Shown here piece by piece: positions 20,152 through 29,681 of a DNA stretch of 31,408 bases. Where the stretch lies: assembly GCA_023205875.1 (NCBI GenBank), contig CP060767.1:558001-589408 (forward strand), given 5' to 3'. Source of the stretch: Chloropicon primus (lineage: Eukaryota). Numbering within the stretch: the first letter of the stretch is position 1; every line of letters begins with the position of its first letter. The translations under genes and the position numbers were made by a program. The notes below the pieces were generated by a model. It was given only the letters and a program-made list of their open reading frames with translations, did not search any database and had not been told where the DNA came from.

Positions 20152-20874
20152 TCACCGGAACATGGAGGAGAAGAGGGAGAAGACGCCCGAGGAGCACGAG
20201 CTCAGCATCATCTTCATACCCGCCGAGCCCCCAGGGAAGTAGCTGCTCACGTAATAGAGCAAGGCGAAGATCTGCACTCCGCTAAAGGTGATGCTCAACA
20301 AGTAAGAGTGGAGCCAGAGGGACGCGTAGAGCGTTCCGAAAATGCTTCCGAGGTACGCCCCGGTGAAGGGCAGCCTCTCCTTGGCCGTCATGTGAACGAG
20401 CTGCTGCTTCCAGCCCCTCAGGGCGAAGAAGGACGCCATGACGCAGACGCACCCGAGCGTGAAGGAGGTCGCGAACTTGGCCGGAGCGATCACCAGCATG
20501 GGCAGCATGACAAATATCGCGAGGGAGAGGAAAAATATCCCGGAGCACAAGAAACCCGCAAAGTACGCCCACTGCTTCTGGGACGGCATGAACTGCGTGG
20601 ACGCCATCCCTCCCATTCCCGTCGCCGCCGAAGCCGCCCGACTAATCGACGACGTCGTCGAGTTGAACAAACTCTTCGCCGTGTTCTCCACCGACTTTGT
20701 GAACCCAGTCGTTCCTCCTTCCAAGTCATCCCCAGCCATCTCCGACGACGCAGTGTTCGCCGCGCTGTACGAGTTCCAATCATTCAGCAGAGACCCTTGC
20801 CCTCCTCTGTCTCCTCCTCTGTCTCCTCTGTCTCCTCCTGGACTTCCGGTAAAGTAATTCACGAACGTCGACAT
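20152..20874 (-). CDS. SFT2: Vesicle transport protein SFT2 (Got1/Sft2 family)
   Basis: SLLNDWNSY near the N-terminus, then four TM helices with PAKFATSFTLG, KERLPFT and LLYYVSSYFPGG. First ATG at 20874; 240 aa. Confidence 0.92.
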   Translation of the reverse strand: MSTFVNYFTGSPGGDRGDRGGDRGGQGSLLNDWNSYSAANTASSEMAGDDLEGGTTGFTKSVENTAKSLFNSTTSSISRAASAATGMGGMASTQFMPSQKQWAYFAGFLCSGIFFLSLAIFVMLPMLVIAPAKFATSFTLGCVCVMASFFALRGWKQQLVHMTAKERLPFTGAYLGSIFGTLYASLWLHSYLLSITFSGVQIFALLYYVSSYFPGGSAGMKMMLSSCSSGVFSLFSSMFR

Positions 20875-21721
20875 ATCAATAAAACCTCCTCCTCCTCCTG
20901 CTAATGACAATGATAATGATAATGATAATATATACGGCTACTCTCTCTCTCTCTGTGTGTGTGTGTGTGTCTCTCTCTCTCTGTGTGTGGGATGAAACCA
21001 GGAAAGGAGGAAAGGATGATCCCGTTCACGAGGGCCGGCGTCTTTGCCTCCTTCTCACCACCGAAACCGGAACACAACACGACGCGGCCAATCACTCCCT
21101 CTCTCTCTCTCTCTCTCTGGCAGTCGCTCGCTCGTGTGGTTTGGTTCCCCTCCTCTGGATCGAGGAGGAGGGAGGTGATGGTGATGGTGATAATGATGGA
21201 GGGGAAGGAGGGGGGGGGCTTTGTGCCTTGCATGGTCTCTTCCACTGGATCTTGCTCCTTCCAAAGAGTCCTGACTTGAAAAGAATGAGGGAGAGAGGGG
21301 GAGGACGACGGTACCGATTGAGTCATCGGCGATGACCAGGGGGGACAAGGCTATAAAACTTGGCATCCATGGAGTCTTTTGCTTTAATAATACTTGTACA
21401 AACAATAAAGGGTGTGGCTCCGATGGCGATGCTGGTAAGCAACTTGTCATCTAGTCTACATCCATAACTCCTGTGCATGCAGCTTACCAGTCGAGGTCCA
21501 AAAAAACAAAAAACAGAACAGGAGCTGGTGGTGGTGTGGGTTGGCACACCAAGACACGCACGAAGAAAACTCCCTCGAGGGAGTGAAGCCACACGGACAT
21601 ACCAGGAAGAAAAAGAAACATCCATCACTGGGGTTTCCTTCTTCATGGCAAACCACCTGCTGTGTGAGTTGTCCCTCCTGGGGATGATAGGATAAGATTG
21701 AATAAGATTGAATATTCCTAT

Positions 21722-22048
21722 TCAGTCCAAGCTTTTTCTGTCCCTGGAGGGTGCTGTCTCCAGAATCTTGGGATCCACGTTGTTCATGTAGTCCAGGAGA
21801 CACTTGACGCTTTCCATCTTCTTTTTCATGTCCTCCAACTCGACGGCACTGAAGTGAGTGGGCGACACGTGAAAAGGTCTTTTCCTCAACAACTCCAGGA
21901 TAGTTTCCTCTCCCGCGAGCAACTCGTTGGCCAAGTTTTGTATCTTTCCCCTCAGTTCCAGTATACCCCTCAGTTTCTCCGACACCATGTCCTGCCTCGA
22001 CTCCCCTGCCTCAGGCTCCACACTCGGCCGTGTCATCTTTGTGTCCAT
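21722..22048 (-). CDS. Hypothetical 108-aa helical/coiled-coil orphan protein
   Basis: MDTKMTRPSVEPEAGESRQDMVSEKLRGILELRGKIQNLANELLAGEETILELL...ELEDMKKKMESVKCLLDYMNNVDP has protein-like amphipathic composition and codon usage like neighbouring genes. No family recognised; start uncertain. Confidence 0.45.
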   Translation of the reverse strand: MDTKMTRPSVEPEAGESRQDMVSEKLRGILELRGKIQNLANELLAGEETILELLRKRPFHVSPTHFSAVELEDMKKKMESVKCLLDYMNNVDPKILETAPSRDRKSLD

Positions 22049-23461
22049 CCAAGACCAAGACCTCAATGCCTTCACGTTGCTCCGCACTTGGCACCACAAA
22101 CAAACACAACCTCGGAAGAAGACACAACTCAACAAGCCGCTTCTTCCCTTGTTCACCCTCTCCTGCTTGCCAAGGGTGCTACGTCATCCCATCCCACGTA
22201 CTCATGGCTCCCCAGCGCCTCGCTCGGTGAACAATATGTAAAGCAATACCATCGAGTGGATGGTGGACACGATCGTTTACCGTCACGAGTGGCGAAGTGA
22301 GGATGATGGGTCAGCCAAGTGACAAGGATAGGCGGTAGTGTTGTGCCTTGGTTTGTCATAAAGTACACCATCCCATCACATCAGAAACCTCCTGTGTTCC
22401 GGAGGACGAGGAAGGAGGAAGGAGGAAGGATGGTGTTCTCCCAGTAGGGTGACGGTCTTGTCCTGTGTGTTCCTGGCACACTAGGTTCCCTCCTCCGTTT
22501 CCCTTCCTCCTGTCTATAAACAGCTTGCTGCAACAGCATGAACCTCCCCTCCCCTCACCAAGCCAACAAAGGTATGTGAACTCCAGGGTACGGCAGGGAG
22601 GTACGGCAGGGAGGGAGGAGCACGTGTCCTCCTGGACCAGGACGAAGAACAGCAAAGGAGTAACAAAGGAAGACGAACGAGGTTGGAACAAAGGACATAG
22701 ACTTATTCCTTGGCAAGAAGGGAGGATCGTACTCACCCCAAAGACGACGAGCAAGACGACGATCCCTTCCATTGACGAAACTGATTAAGGAAACAAAAAG
22801 CTTATGAAAAAACAACGAAGAAAAAGGAGGACGTCTCCTCCCTTCTCTTCTTTTGTCTTCTCTCGAGGGAACTCCTCGCTCGTGCCTCGTTTCACTTCTT
22901 TCCTCCTTCCCAAAACGAAACGAAACGAGCCTGCCTCGCGCGAAAGGAAAAGGATTCAAAAATACTAAACCTCCCTGCAAAAGCAAAGCACGGGTATCCT
23001 CGGCCGCGAGTTGTCAACACACAAACCACGCCGCTGCAAAAGACACAACCTCGGCCTTGGGGGGTCTCGAGCTCCAGGTCTCTGCCTCCCTCTCTCTCTC
23101 TGTCACTGTTGGGACAAGGCCGGCCATACGCTTGCCTTGCGGTGGTTGGGTTGGGTTGGACCGAGACACCCACCACCTAAAACACCGAGCACCAAGCAGC
23201 TCGAGTCCCGACCACCTTGTGTAAGAACGCAAGACCCGACCTTGGGAGTCTCTTTGCTCTTTGCCTCTGCCTCTGTTGTGCAAGAAGAGATTGGAGTGGA
23301 GTGCGCCTCCAGGGGCTCCTATGGTGGCATAGTATTGATATTGATATTGATATTGATATCTATATCAATAGGAGCTCGGTTGAGTTTGAGGACAACTCGA
23401 CAACTCGACAAGGCGGCACTTGGCCGAGTGGAGCGGAGTGGAGTGTAGGAAGGGGAGGAGG

Positions 23462-24959
23462 ATGAAGCTGAAGAAGTTTTTGCTTCGTTATTATCCTCCT
23501 GGGGTGATCCTACTGTACGAGCAGCAGGGGCAACAGTACCAGAGGACGCTGGACTTGCTTGACCTGAGACCTGGAACGGACGTGGAGGCTCTGGTGAATC
23601 AGATACTGCAGAGCGAGCCCCTGCTGACGGAAAACAGGAGGCACCACCTCTTCAAGCTGATCAACAAGCTCATAGAGAAGCAAAAGTGCAGTGCGGACAA
23701 ACGGCATGAGTTCGGACTCCTCCGGGTTCTCCGCGCTCACGTCCTTCCCCTCACAAACTGCGCCTTCAACAAGTCGGGCAGCATGTTCATCACCGGGAGC
23801 TACGACAGGACGTGCAAGGTGTGGTCCACCGCGACTGGGGAGGAGCTCCACACCCTGGAGGGTCACAAGAACGTCGTGTACGCCATCGCCTTCAACAACC
23901 CTTTCGGGGACAAAGTCATCACGGGGAGCTTCGACAAGACTTGCAAGCTTTGGGACGCGAACACGGGAGCCCTGCACTACACGCTGAGAGGTAAGCGAGA
24001 GAGAGAGAACACAGACACAGGAGAGGAGAGGAGACACACTTTTTCTGACTGACAACGGACAACCGACTCCAATGCCTTGTCCGACTCGTTTTTGGTTCTC
24101 TGTCCCCTGATGTTCCTGGGCTGGCGTGTGGTGATGGATCCCTTGGCTTGGTTGCTCTGCAGGGCACCAAACGGAGATCGTTTGCGTGAGCTTCTCTCCC
24201 CAGAGTGACATGATCGCGACGGGTTCGATGGAGAACACCGCAAAGTTGTGGGACGTGGAGTACGGGACGGAGAGGAGCACCTTGTACGGCCACAGCGCGG
24301 AGATCGTGAGCCTGCACTTCAACACGCAGGGCAACCTGATGGTGACGGGGAGCTTTGACCACGACAGCAGGATCTGGGACACGAGGACGGGCACGTGCGT
24401 GCACCGGTTGATGGGTCACTCGGGGGAAGTGAGCTCGACTCAGTTCAATTACGGGGGGGACCTCTGCGTCAGCGGGAGCATCGACGCGACGACGAGGGTG
24501 TGGGACGTGAGGATGGGCAAGTGCTTGAGTGTGAAGCAGGGGCACACGGACGAGGTCCTCGACGTTTGCTTCGACAGCAGCGGCACGAACTTTGTCAGCG
24601 CGTCCGCGGACGGCACCGCCAGGGTCTACTCCACGCGGACTGGGGCCTGCCTCGACACTTACGTCGGCCACGACGGGGAGATCTCCAAGGTCAGCTTCAA
24701 CCCCCAGGGCACTTCGGTCATCACTGCGTCCTCGGACAAGACGTGCAGGATCTGGGACGTGGCCTCGAGCCAGTCCACCGGGGTGTACAACGGCGGCCAG
24801 GACAGCCCAACGGTGGCTTCTTCGGGGGAGGGAGGCAAGTGCGCCCAGGTCCTGGAGGGCCACATGGACGAGATCTTCTCCTGCGCCTTCAACTACGAGG
24901 GCGACCACATCATCACGGGCTCCAAGGACAACACCTGCAGGATCTGGAAGGCAAAGTAG
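23462..24959 (+). CDS. DAW1: Dynein assembly factor with WD repeats 1 (ODA16/WDR69); exons 23462-23990 and 24163-24959
   Basis: Hallmark N-terminus [17 protein letters not shown], then [35 protein letters not shown] and [26 protein letters not shown]. Splicing gives [10 protein letters not shown] and 441 aa. Confidence 0.96.
23991..24162 (+). other. 172-nt GT-AG intron of DAW1
   Basis: GTAAGC donor and TGCAG acceptor. Its removal joins two WD40 ORFs in frame. Confidence 0.92.
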
Positions 24960-25057
24960 AACCGTCTAGGATATAGGCTACGATAGGCTAGGCTCCGGTA
25001 GGCTAAGCCAGGCTAGGCACGCACATGCACACGCACGCAGATATATAGACAAATAAG

Positions 25058-25157
25058 GGATACGATACGATAGGATACGATAGGATACGATAGGGTAGTA
25101 TAATCCGATGGGTTCGAGTTTCGTTCCGTTTCGTTTCGTTTCGTTTCGTTTCGTTTC
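25058..25157. repeat. Pentanucleotide microsatellites (GATAC/GATAG)n and (TTTCG)n
   Basis: Read directly in the region downstream of DAW1. Confidence 0.85.
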
Positions 25158-25468
25158 GCTTGTGTGCGGCCAAGAGAGAGAGAGAGAGAAGAAGAGGGAC
25201 AGAACCCGCAGATCCACAGGAAGGAGGCACTGAAGTCGACAAGGACATGCTCCTGTTCCTGTTTCCCCTCCCTCATCTCTCCACTTGTCGGTCCTCCATC
25301 TCAATCTCAATCTCAATCTCAATCTTTAGAGATGGAAAATTTTTCTCGAGTTCATCGATGAGGAAACCGGGAGCGTTACGACGGGACGGACGGACGGAGG
25401 ACAACGGCGACGACGGCGAGGAGGAGGAGGAGTCCACAGGCTTGGATTGGCATTGGTATTAGCCCCAC

Positions 25469-25523
25469 ACGACGCGACGCGACGCGACGTGACGCGACGC
25501 GACGCGACGTGACGCGACGCGAC
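25469..25523. repeat. (GACGC/GACGT)n pentanucleotide microsatellite
   Basis: About 11 units directly upstream of the ATG at 25547. Confidence 0.9.
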
Positions 25524-25546
25524 ACGAGGAAGAGAGCGGAGAGAGG

Positions 25547-26392
25547 ATGATGGCTGTGCGACGAGATGGGGTGAAGACCTCCCGGGAGGGTGGGTTCAGG
25601 TACCTGAATGGCAGGGAGTACGGGGGGCAGAGCAAGAAGAGGAGCGAGGACATGGTGATGTCGTGGATTGAGAGTCTGCCCAACCGCAAGGAGAACCTCA
25701 AGAATGCGGAGGAGAGGGGGGAGGCGGGATCCTCCAAGGCGTCGTCCGGAGGGAGGACCGAGGGGAGCACCTTCTCGAGCCTCTCCATCGTTGTCCCGGA
25801 GACGCACACGAACGTGTCGAGGAGCGAAGACATCATCGAGCTCAGCGAGGAGGAGGTCCCGTACTTCGCTTCGTTCAACTCGTTCAAGAGCGAGGACGCT
25901 CGCACCGCCGCGGAGGCCCCGGCGGCGCCCCGGGGGTGGCACAAGTGGTGGAAGGACTGCAAGAGCAAAGCCACTGGCATCCAGTCCCTGAGCCTCTCTT
26001 CGTTGAAGTCCAGCGCCTCAGGGAGGAATCAAGGAAGGCGGGGCGCCGCCACCTCGAAGCGCAGGAGGTCCAAGGCCATCAGCAAGGTGCTGGGAAACTA
26101 CGGGTGCTACTCGATCAGGACGAACAGCACGGGGGGTGGGGTGGGCGAGGACCAAGCTCCGGGGTCGGCGGCGACGGCGGTCGCCGAGGACCTTGAGAAA
26201 GGCGCCTTCCCTGGGCCCAAGTCCCCTCAGGCTGCGGAGAAGAAGTCGGCCGAGGACTGCAAGCCCTCCATCGAGAGAGCGGACAAGATGTCATTCCACG
26301 TCCCGAGCAGCTTTCTCACGCTGGCCATCTGCGCGTTCCAGTTCACGCAATCGTCGGGGCTCCTGCTGTCCTTTTACCTCTTCATGCTGTGA
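25547..26392 (+). CDS. Hypothetical 281-aa protein, mostly disordered with a single C-terminal hydrophobic helix
   Basis: ATG-initiated ORF with GC3-rich codons, ending SSFLTLAICAFQFTQSSGLLLSFYLFML. TGTAA lies 39 nt after the stop (26432-26436). Confidence 0.7.
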   Translation: MMAVRRDGVKTSREGGFRYLNGREYGGQSKKRSEDMVMSWIESLPNRKENLKNAEERGEAGSSKASSGGRTEGSTFSSLSIVVPETHTNVSRSEDIIELSEEEVPYFASFNSFKSEDARTAAEAPAAPRGWHKWWKDCKSKATGIQSLSLSSLKSSASGRNQGRRGAATSKRRRSKAISKVLGNYGCYSIRTNSTGGGVGEDQAPGSAATAVAEDLEKGAFPGPKSPQAAEKKSAEDCKPSIERADKMSFHVPSSFLTLAICAFQFTQSSGLLLSFYLFML

Positions 26393-26522
26393 GCGACGGC
26401 GGAGCTAAAGTATTGATAATCGTCCGTAACGTGTAATGATGGATCAACAACTCCTCAGAGGAAAAGTTTACTTTAAAAGACGCCCGAAGCCACATCTATT
26501 CGTCCTGGGCACCAATTGCTTC

Positions 26523-27746
26523 TCACTCGCACTGGACGCTGAAGAAGCCGAAGCGAAGCCTTGGCCCCCGCTCGGGGTGGGCCGTTACAACCGGAGGAGG
26601 GCTCTGAGACTCCGTCGCGGCCGCCTGCCTCGCCGCGTGCCTCGCCCTGTCCCTGCGGGACGCGAACCTTTGCTCCACCGCGGCAACGGCCGTGGACTGG
26701 TGGTTCCAGGATTCCCTTAGGAAGCGCAAAGGGTTTGTGAAGGGAAGCACACTCATCGCCGCGGAGGAGGAGGAAGCCCCGCCGCCCCGATCTTGCTGAG
26801 GCAGCCCCGTGGTTGCGCTGGGCGCTCTCGAGGTGGTGCCGCCTCCTTGCTCGACGTCTAGCGTGCTGGTCGGGGACCCGGAAGGTGCCGCCTCCTCCTC
26901 CCCTGCGGTCTCCTCCTTCAAGGCATCCCTCACATCCTCCCTGCAGATGGGGCACGAGGGATGGAGCTTCAACCACTGCAGACGAAGGGAGCGAGCGAGA
27001 GAGCGAGAGAGCGAGCGAGAGAGAGAATGTGTGTGCGTGTGAGCGTGTGTCAACAGAGCAGCAGAGAACGATGTACTCACCTCGTCGACGCACTCCAGGT
27101 GGAACATGTGGCCGCACGGGAGCTCCCTGATCCTGTCCCCCTCCTCGAACGCCTCCATGCAGACCGAGCAATCCGTGGTCTGGTACTTTGCCCCCGAGTC
27201 CCGGTCGGGGACGCCCTCCCCCGCAGCGGTGAAGGTGTACTCCTTGAGCTGCCCCAAGGAGGACTGATTCAGGCCGCCCTCGGAGTCCCCCGAGGCGCCG
27301 ACCCCAAGGTTGTCGTTGTCGCTGTCGTCGCGTCCGCCCCGCACGGAGGCAGACGCTCCATTCCTCCTCCTGATGGACCACCTCGCCGAGCCCCTCAAGC
27401 AGATGAGAATCAGGCAGAGCCACAGGGGGATGACGTACAAGGCCACGAGGTACTCCTTGGGCGAGATGTACCCCCCCTGCTCCCCGCTGCTGAAGGCCGA
27501 CCGCATCTGCCTGTTTTGCCCCAAGTCGTTGTTCCTCCCCGTCCCTCCCTCCTCATCATACGCCTGCGCCAGCACCCTCCCCGTCCATCTCAACCCCTCA
27601 CCTCTCGTGGTCGTGGTCGTGGTCAACGCCTCCCCTCCGCTTGCCAGAAAAACTTCAAGCTTGAGGAGGACACCGAGGAGACAGAGGAAGAGGAAGAGGA
27701 AGAGGAAGAGGGGATGTCCTCTGCCTCTGCTCCGCCCCTCCGTCAT
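26523..27746 (-). CDS. Membrane-anchored RING-H2 E3 ubiquitin ligase (ATL/RNF13-like); exons 27746-27081 and 26975-26523
   Basis: N-terminal hydrophobic segment, TM helix YLVALYVIPLWLCLILICL, GLNQ (GLD-like) motif and RING-H2 CSVC...LPCGHMFHLECVDE|WLKLHPSCPICR after removing the intron; 372 aa. Confidence 0.92.
   Translation of the reverse strand: MTEGRSRGRGHPLFLFLFLFLCLLGVLLKLEVFLASGGEALTTTTTTRGEGLRWTGRVLAQAYDEEGGTGRNNDLGQNRQMRSAFSSGEQGGYISPKEYLVALYVIPLWLCLILICLRGSARWSIRRRNGASASVRGGRDDSDNDNLGVGASGDSEGGLNQSSLGQLKEYTFTAAGEGVPDRDSGAKYQTTDCSVCMEAFEEGDRIRELPCGHMFHLECVDEVSTSFSAALLTHAHTHTHSLSRSLSRSLARSLRLQWLKLHPSCPICREDVRDALKEETAGEEEAAPSGSPTSTLDVEQGGGTTSRAPSATTGLPQQDRGGGASSSSAAMSVLPFTNPLRFLRESWNHQSTAVAAVEQRFASRRDRARHAARQAAATESQSPPPVVTAHPERGPRLRFGFFSVQCE
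26976..27080 (-). other. 105-nt GT-AG intron inside the RING domain (in frame, stop-free)
   Basis: GTGAGT donor, (CA)/(CT) microsatellite body and TGCAG acceptor. Its removal restores the canonical C-x10-C spacing. Confidence 0.9.
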
Positions 27747-27993
27747 CCGCGCCGCGTCTGTCTCGTCCTCGAACTCCCTTCCCTCGGGCGCTACGGCCTC
27801 GTGATCACGTGGTGGATCTCATACGTTACCTGGGAGATGAAGATATTATTGCAGCACCAGGCGGAGGATTGGATTGGAGGAGGGAAGGGGAAGACAAGCA
27901 AGACAAAGAAGCAATCAGCCAGGACTCTAAGGTGTGTGGGGGTGTCTTGGTGGAGGATCTCCAAGATGGTGGTCCAAAGCTTGCTCTCTCTCC

Positions 27994-28024
<31 letters not shown>

Positions 28025-28126
28025 TGTGTGTCGATGATGGTGGTTGGTTGATAAACTTCCTTTTGTTATTTGGAATAAAGTTTAATGTGTGTGTTTGTGT
28101 GTTTTCCTTCCTTTGTGAGCGACAAC

Positions 28127-29539
28127 CTAGGCAGCGGCCTCCTTCTTCTTCTTCTTCTTTCCTCCCTTCCTCTTCGCCTTCTTGATGGATTGAGTCATCA
28201 GCGCCTTGATCTCCTCGTCCTCGACCTGCTTTCCGCCGGTGTCCAACTCCTGCAAGGGGAAGCTGCTGAGCTGGTCGCTTCCGTTCTGCATCAGGAGGAC
28301 GGTGGACTTGAAGTGAGCCACGAGCTCGCCCGGCTTCTCGTAGAGGACGGGGTACTCGTGCAACAGCTCGTGGTTGCACAGCTCCACCAAACCCAACTTG
28401 GCGGTCCTCTGGTCCTCGATCGCTCTCAGGGTGAAGGGCAAGGCGGGGAACTTCCTGTTGATCTCGGAGAACAAGGCCCTGCTGGCCTTCATCTTCAAGT
28501 TGTACTCCCTATCCAGCGCCCTCTTGTACACCGTGGTCTGCTTCTCGTCCAGGCACCTTGGCTTGCCTTCCCCAGTGCTCACCAAAATGTCGATCGCGTA
28601 CACCTCGTTCACGAGGAACTCGTCCTCCTCCACTCCCTCCTCGCTGGTCGGGGTGTTCAAAACCACCTTGTTCCCGTCGAGGATGAACCTCTTCTGCACG
28701 TGGGTGAGCACGCCGTCCAGCATGGTGCAGTCGTAGGCCTTGCAGACGTCGCCGAACTTGTCCGACGCCTCGGTGGTCAGCTTGCCTGGTCTGATGGTCC
28801 TCAGGGCCACCTGGAAGGCGTCCCTCGCCGCCGCGATCACGTCCGCGGCCCGTCCAGTCACTGGCTTGGTCTTGTCCTCCTGGGCGACCACAGTGTGCGC
28901 CGCGACAGACACCCAACCGTCAATGTGGCATCCCACGTCCACCTTCACCAGGTCACCTGGTAGCAGCACAGAAGAAAGCGAGAAAGCAACAGAGAGAGAG
29001 AAAGAGACGCGTGAGTGTCAGGTCCAGCCATCGAAAGGTAGGTTGTGGGCGGCGGACGGGGTCTTTGCTTTGGAGGGAGGAGTTGGGTCCCTTGGCCTCA
29101 CTCCAACTCCAACTTGCCAACCCACTCCTTTGCGTGTCGCGTGTTCACGGTTCACGGTTCACGGTCCATGCTGCTGCTGCTGCTGCTGCGGCTGCATCCC
29201 GTTGTCGTGTGTCTTACCTTCCTTGATGACGGTGTTGTCGGATCCCATGGGGGAGAAGTGTCCGCAGCAGTTGTTGATGCTGAGGCAGGTCGGGAAGGCG
29301 ACACCCTTCTCGATCATGCCCTCCTTGGTAGGCTTGTTGAAGACCTTTTCTATCTCGGTATCCAACAAAGCATCCGCGCTCTCGCAGAGCTCCACGACAG
29401 AAACCCCTGGAGCGATGGAATCCAACACATACTTCAAGGTCTTGTTCGTGATCTCCGCAGCTGCCTTGTACTTGGTCACCACGTCCGAGTCACTCAAGTC
29501 GAGCTCCTCCTCCTCGGCGTAATCCTCCGCATCCGACAT
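28127..29539 (-). CDS. PA2G4: Proliferation-associated protein 2G4 / EBP1 (peptidase M24 fold, non-catalytic); exons 29539-29218 and 28956-28127
   Basis: VVTKYKAAAEI, KGVAFPTCLSINNCCGHFSP, KEGDLVKVDVGCHIDG, YNLKMKASR, ELVAHFKSTVLL and a Lys-rich C-terminus; 383 aa after splicing. Confidence 0.96.
28957..29217 (-). other. 261-nt GT-AG intron of EBP1
   Basis: GTAAGA donor, CTGAC branch-like motif, long pyrimidine tract and CCAG acceptor. It joins the two ORFs in frame. Confidence 0.92.
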
Positions 29540-29648
29540 ACTCCTCTCTCTCTCTCTCTAGGACAACGCACAAGGCAAGGAAACCAAAGCAAGCAAGCCA
29601 AGGACACACAAACGAAGAAAACGAAGCTACCTCGTCCTCCTCCTCCTT

Positions 29649-29681
<33 letters not shown>
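29649..29681. repeat. (GTC)11 microsatellite upstream of EBP1
   Basis: Perfect trinucleotide run. Confidence 0.95.

Noticed and set aside
21340..21520. SECIS element or spliceosomal snRNA
   Set aside because: No AUGA/GA quartet with an apical AA, no U1/U2/U6 signature, and no in-frame TGA selenoprotein candidate nearby.
29558..29630. Possible 73-nt 5'-UTR intron of EBP1 (GTAGCT...CCTAG)
   Set aside because: The pyrimidine-rich body is plausible, but the donor is weak and there is no reading-frame test. It needs cDNA evidence.
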